A stretch of 38,076 nt of DNA from Trypethelium eluteriae (taxonomy: Eukaryota): the NCBI GenBank assembly GCA_051942245.1, contig JAVECL010000190.1:1-38076 (forward strand), given 5' to 3'. Below are positions 34,591 through 38,076 of this stretch, in pieces. The notes beneath the pieces were generated by a model. It did no database searches. It was not told where the DNA came from and was given only the letters and a program-made list of their open reading frames with translations. Both the position numbers and the translations under genes were made by a program. The number at the start of each line of letters is the position of its first letter. Position 1 is the stretch's first letter.

Positions 34591-36022
34591 GAGAGAGAAT
34601 ACGGGGCGGTCGCCGTGGCGGTGCCCTCAAGGAAAGAAAATGTAGGTTAGTACCTGAGCCACTAGTCCAGTACATCTCCAGTCGCATCTAGGAGTTGTTG
34701 TAGGTTGAGAATAGCAATGGGGCTGCGTCAAGCCCCGAAACTTGCTGCTGCTCGGCAACGACTCCGCTTGGGAGTCACAAGGGGCAAGATGTAAATAGTG
34801 ATTGTGTAGACTTTAATTGAGTTGTAGCCAAAACCTGAGACACGAGAAAAACAGCTATATTCAATGATTTGGTAAGACCAGTCAAGCGAAGAAACAGGTA
34901 CGGAGGTGCTGCTGGGCGTGTATATATATCCACGTCCACGACGCTAGCCGATGGCCGCGTACACTTCTTGTGGGGATTGAGTACACGTGTAAGTAATTAC
35001 TGCCCTGATAGAGTTCTCTGTGACTTACGCCCTTTACGTTAATCGCCCCACACACACATCCATATCGCCCCACAAGTCCTCAGGCCCCAAGACTTGCAGG
35101 CGTATTGGGCAAAAGCGTTGGGCGGAGACTGTAGCTCTAAGCTATTGGTGACTGAAGTGGCCCCCGGTTGTTACAGATATTGTGTGTGGTGTTGGAAGTA
35201 CCACTTTTGGCATATATTGGGACTTTCCCTCGAGATTGTTGGGACAAAGGTCAGCAGGATCCGAAGTCCCTCACAGGTGGCGTGTACAACAATCACAATC
35301 TCTAATACCACAACCCCACTCATGGATGAATGACCACGCCTGATGGAATATGCAGGATTCTTTTCGTGAGGTAACCAATTTCCCCACTGATAATTTCGCG
35401 TGATTGCTATCACGGAAATTATCGGTGGCAAGGTGGAGCCATTGAAGGCTGCATCCGTACCGCTCGTGACAGTCCATTCTTCCCCAATCATGGGCCATTG
35501 AGTGATATTCGGTGCGGAAATTCCCCGGAAGTATGATGTAGTGAACGTGATTGTGATAAGGACCAGAGGCACTATGGGCGATTTGGTGACTGTCAACAAG
35601 ACCGCAGCGGGATTGATTGGCTAATTTCTATTCAACGTCCGCAAATCACTCGGACCTTACATCATTTTTCATGGCCTCGTGATGCTGCTCCTCAATCGCC
35701 GGGTAGTTGCTGTATCCTTGCCAGAGGAGTATTAATATACAGCGCTCCGCCAGACCTGAAATTTCCTTTTTTCTTCCAGGCCCATCCCTCGTTTTCCAAT
35801 GAGCCAGCCAACAACGTACGAGCCTTGACTGTTCCGTCCCAGGGACGAGTGCCTCCACAGGCCAGCCATGTTCTTGTACGAGGATTACTGTGGTCTAGCC
35901 GCGCCGTGATTCTCCACTGGTGCTCTGCTCCTTGTCTTGGCAAAGGCTAAGAACACCTGGACCAGAAGTCATCTGCCTCGCGCAAACCAGCTGTTCCCGA
36001 GTACCCTGCAATTGTGGCAGCC

Positions 36023-37726
36023 ATGGACATACTCAAACTTGACAAGTTGATCGAGACGCTACGAAGAACTCCATGCACGAGTTCAAATTTATCGATATCA
36101 TTGACAGGAACCCCGTGGGTTCACCATTCGTTTGGTACCAAAGCTGCCACCCACCCCACTCCAACGGGGAGAGTGTAGTGATAGCACTATGGCAACGACG
36201 CAAAGAGGCTCCTCGTGCAGGTCCGCAAGCACAAGGGCAAGTCCGCAGAGCAAGTGTGCTCGAAGTGCGGCGAACACATCGCTCCAGGGCATGGTAATCC
36301 AGACGGTCTAATCCAATGCACAAAGTGCTGGAAGTTCTTTCATTGTGGCTGCCACCTGCCGGCGTCTGCAGCCATTGGTGGCATCCTTGTCCGGGGCCAG
36401 TGGAAGTGCTCAGGTTGCACGACTCCGCCATCATCTCCACATTCCTCTCCAGCGCCCAAAAGGCCCAGTCTCAAGATTCTTTGAAATCCTTGCTACAATT
36501 CAAAAAGTTGTTAAGAAAGAACGTTCTAGCAAAATTGTCGAAGAATTCTGGCCGGAACCGGATAATGGGTATAAATCTATAGGAGTAGGACTGTCTGACG
36601 GGACTTCCAAGAATTTCAACAGAGGGCTTGGAAGACAAACGTATACAGCAGGCGATTGAAGCTTATCTTGAAGGACTAAGAAAGCAGTGGGATAACAAGT
36701 CCTTTGCGAGAAGCTTCAATTGCCTGCTGTGTAAAGTTGTCTTCCGAAGAGACGGAAGATACCTCTGAAACTGAGATGGGCACCGAAGAGTTGAAGAATA
36801 GGAATTGATGACATACCGAGCAAGCGTCTGGTATTTCCCGCATCCTCAAACTGACTACAACACCGAAACAATCTCGTTACCACAAGGTGGACTCGTGAAT
36901 CCGTTCCAGGCCCCTTTCAAGTACGTTGGAGCACATGTCATAGAGGACTACCCAGATCTGCCACCGTGGGCAAAAAGACTTCGATGGACGCGGCCAGCTT
37001 TTGTCTGCGACATTTCGCCAACGCCAAAGGCTCTAATGATCTCAGTTAGCCTATCTGGAATCAAAAAAGAAGCTGAAAACCTCACAAGCGGAGAGCGGTT
37101 TAGAAGGAAGAAACTCTTATACTATGAAGTTTTGTAGTGAAGTGGATAGGCGAACTCAAGATGTGTATGTAAGAGGAAAGAACATGGAGGTCTGCAGATA
37201 GAGGACAATACGGGAAATGGAGAAGACCTTGCTAGATAGTGAATTGAAATCATATGAGTTGGAACACAGCGTGATAGCTCATCTTTGAATGTCTACCTAC
37301 ATTTTCCGGCCTAGATCCCAGATCGGAATTGCTTTGAGCTTGACCTATCATGATAGTCTAGAACAGCAAGAGACTGGATGGTGAATGTTGAAAAGACTTG
37401 CCGCCAACAGCGGAAGAACAAAAATTCAGGCAACTAGGGTCAATAAAGTGAATCCTCATCAAGCATGTTATTTATGGAAGAAACGGAAGATTCGTGCGGC
37501 TGAGATGTAATCGAAAGGCATTGATCACGTGCGCGGTTCTCTGTCCGACAGACTTGTAAGCGCGCTAGACTCCATGCATTCTAGAAACTGCGCTAGTCTG
37601 AAAAAGGTGCAAATTTCCACTTATGAACACAATGACAATAAACATTATGTACCTATCTACTTGGATCGACTGATTACTACGGCTTCCCACAATATGGAGG
37701 ATGGGCGAAGTTTTACAGTTAGGTAA
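36023..37726 (+). pseudogene. PHD-finger protein pseudogene (PHD at 36257-36418); outer limits approximate
   Basis: CSKC-x16-CTKC-x4-H-x2-C-x16-W-K-CSGC is a complete C4HC3 PHD finger. Flanking frames are broken by frameshifts and stops but remain protein-like to ~37726. Confidence 0.7.
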
Positions 37727-37895
37727 GTGTTCAAATTTTTACAAGAATGCGATACAGATAATGCTACAAATCGTGTTGACAAACATTGTAAATTCGCTGC
37801 AAATGACCGCTCATGGGGTATGACAATTCAGAAACTCCGCGAGGAAGAATTTCCCTCTTAGAGCGAGACATCCCGTCTCTTGGACCAACCGACAC

Positions 37896-37915
37896 TTCAT
37901 TCATTCATTCATTCA
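37896..37915. repeat. (TTCA)5 microsatellite overlapping the stop codon of the terminal gene
   Basis: ttcattcattcattcattca. Confidence 0.85.
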
Positions 37916-38076
37916 ATCCGCGCCAACGGCGGTAGCTTCTCCTCCTGAGCCGAATCAAAGCTCGAAGTCCGCTCAATCTCCTTCATATACCCCATACCCG
38001 CAAACTCCGTCAACTCCATCGGCTCGCTCCTCACCTGCACCACCGTCTCCTTCGTGACTCCCGGCCCCTCCACCCC
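37909..38076 (-). CDS. 3' end of a gene that starts beyond the window (…GVEGPGVTKETVVQVRSEPMELTEFAGMGYMKEIERTSSFDSAQEEKLPPLARIE*)
   Basis: Open frame from the window edge to TGA at 37911-37909, with strong G/C third-position bias unlike the decayed zone. Confidence 0.6.
   Translation of the reverse strand, partial: GVEGPGVTKETVVQVRSEPMELTEFAGMGYMKEIERTSSFDSAQEEKLPPLARIE

Noticed and set aside
35171..35599. 142-aa minus ORF with hydrophobic segments
   Set aside because: Non-ATG start and no recognisable family; may be another decayed fragment but cannot be called.
26831..37721. 9-bp direct repeat TTACAGTTA at 26831 and 37713 roughly bracketing the decayed island, reminiscent of TTAC-type Starship target repeats
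   Set aside because: A 9-mer match is expected by chance over the ranges searched. The right copy lies inside an apparent coding frame, and no captain recombinase is visible.
1..38076. CRISPR arrays, rRNA, tRNA, prokaryotic operons
   Set aside because: None seen; the DNA is intron-containing fungal sequence.

Overview
Filamentous-ascomycete genomic DNA, judged from short GT-AG introns with CTAAC/CTGAC-type branch sites and RIP-like decay of repeats. It has three zones. (1) 0.4-12.5 kb holds four apparently intact accessory genes: a secreted FAD-linked oxidoreductase, a PTH11/rhodopsin-like membrane protein, a cytochrome P450 and a HET-domain protein. (2) 13.2-24.2 kb is an AT-rich, RIP-mutated transposon nest: a hAT DNA transposon (13214-24165) carrying a full-length Ty3/gypsy chromovirus (14272-20951, 495-bp LTRs, ATATA TSD) and a Fot1/pogo element (21217-23073, TA TSD). 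(3) 24.9-38 kb has an AAA ATPase with a one-base frameshift, then about 11 kb of decayed, mosaic pseudogenes (SNF2-like helicase pieces, a duplicated exon, a PHD-finger gene) and the 3' end of a gene that runs off the window. The most striking observation is a hidden antisense ORF between pol and the 3' LTR of the retrotransposon. When RIP-type changes are reverted it has exact Zn(II)2Cys6 (GAL4-type) cysteine spacing followed by a probable coiled coil. The same element has a gag extension with five Cys/His repeats. All protein family calls come from motif recognition by eye, not database searches.
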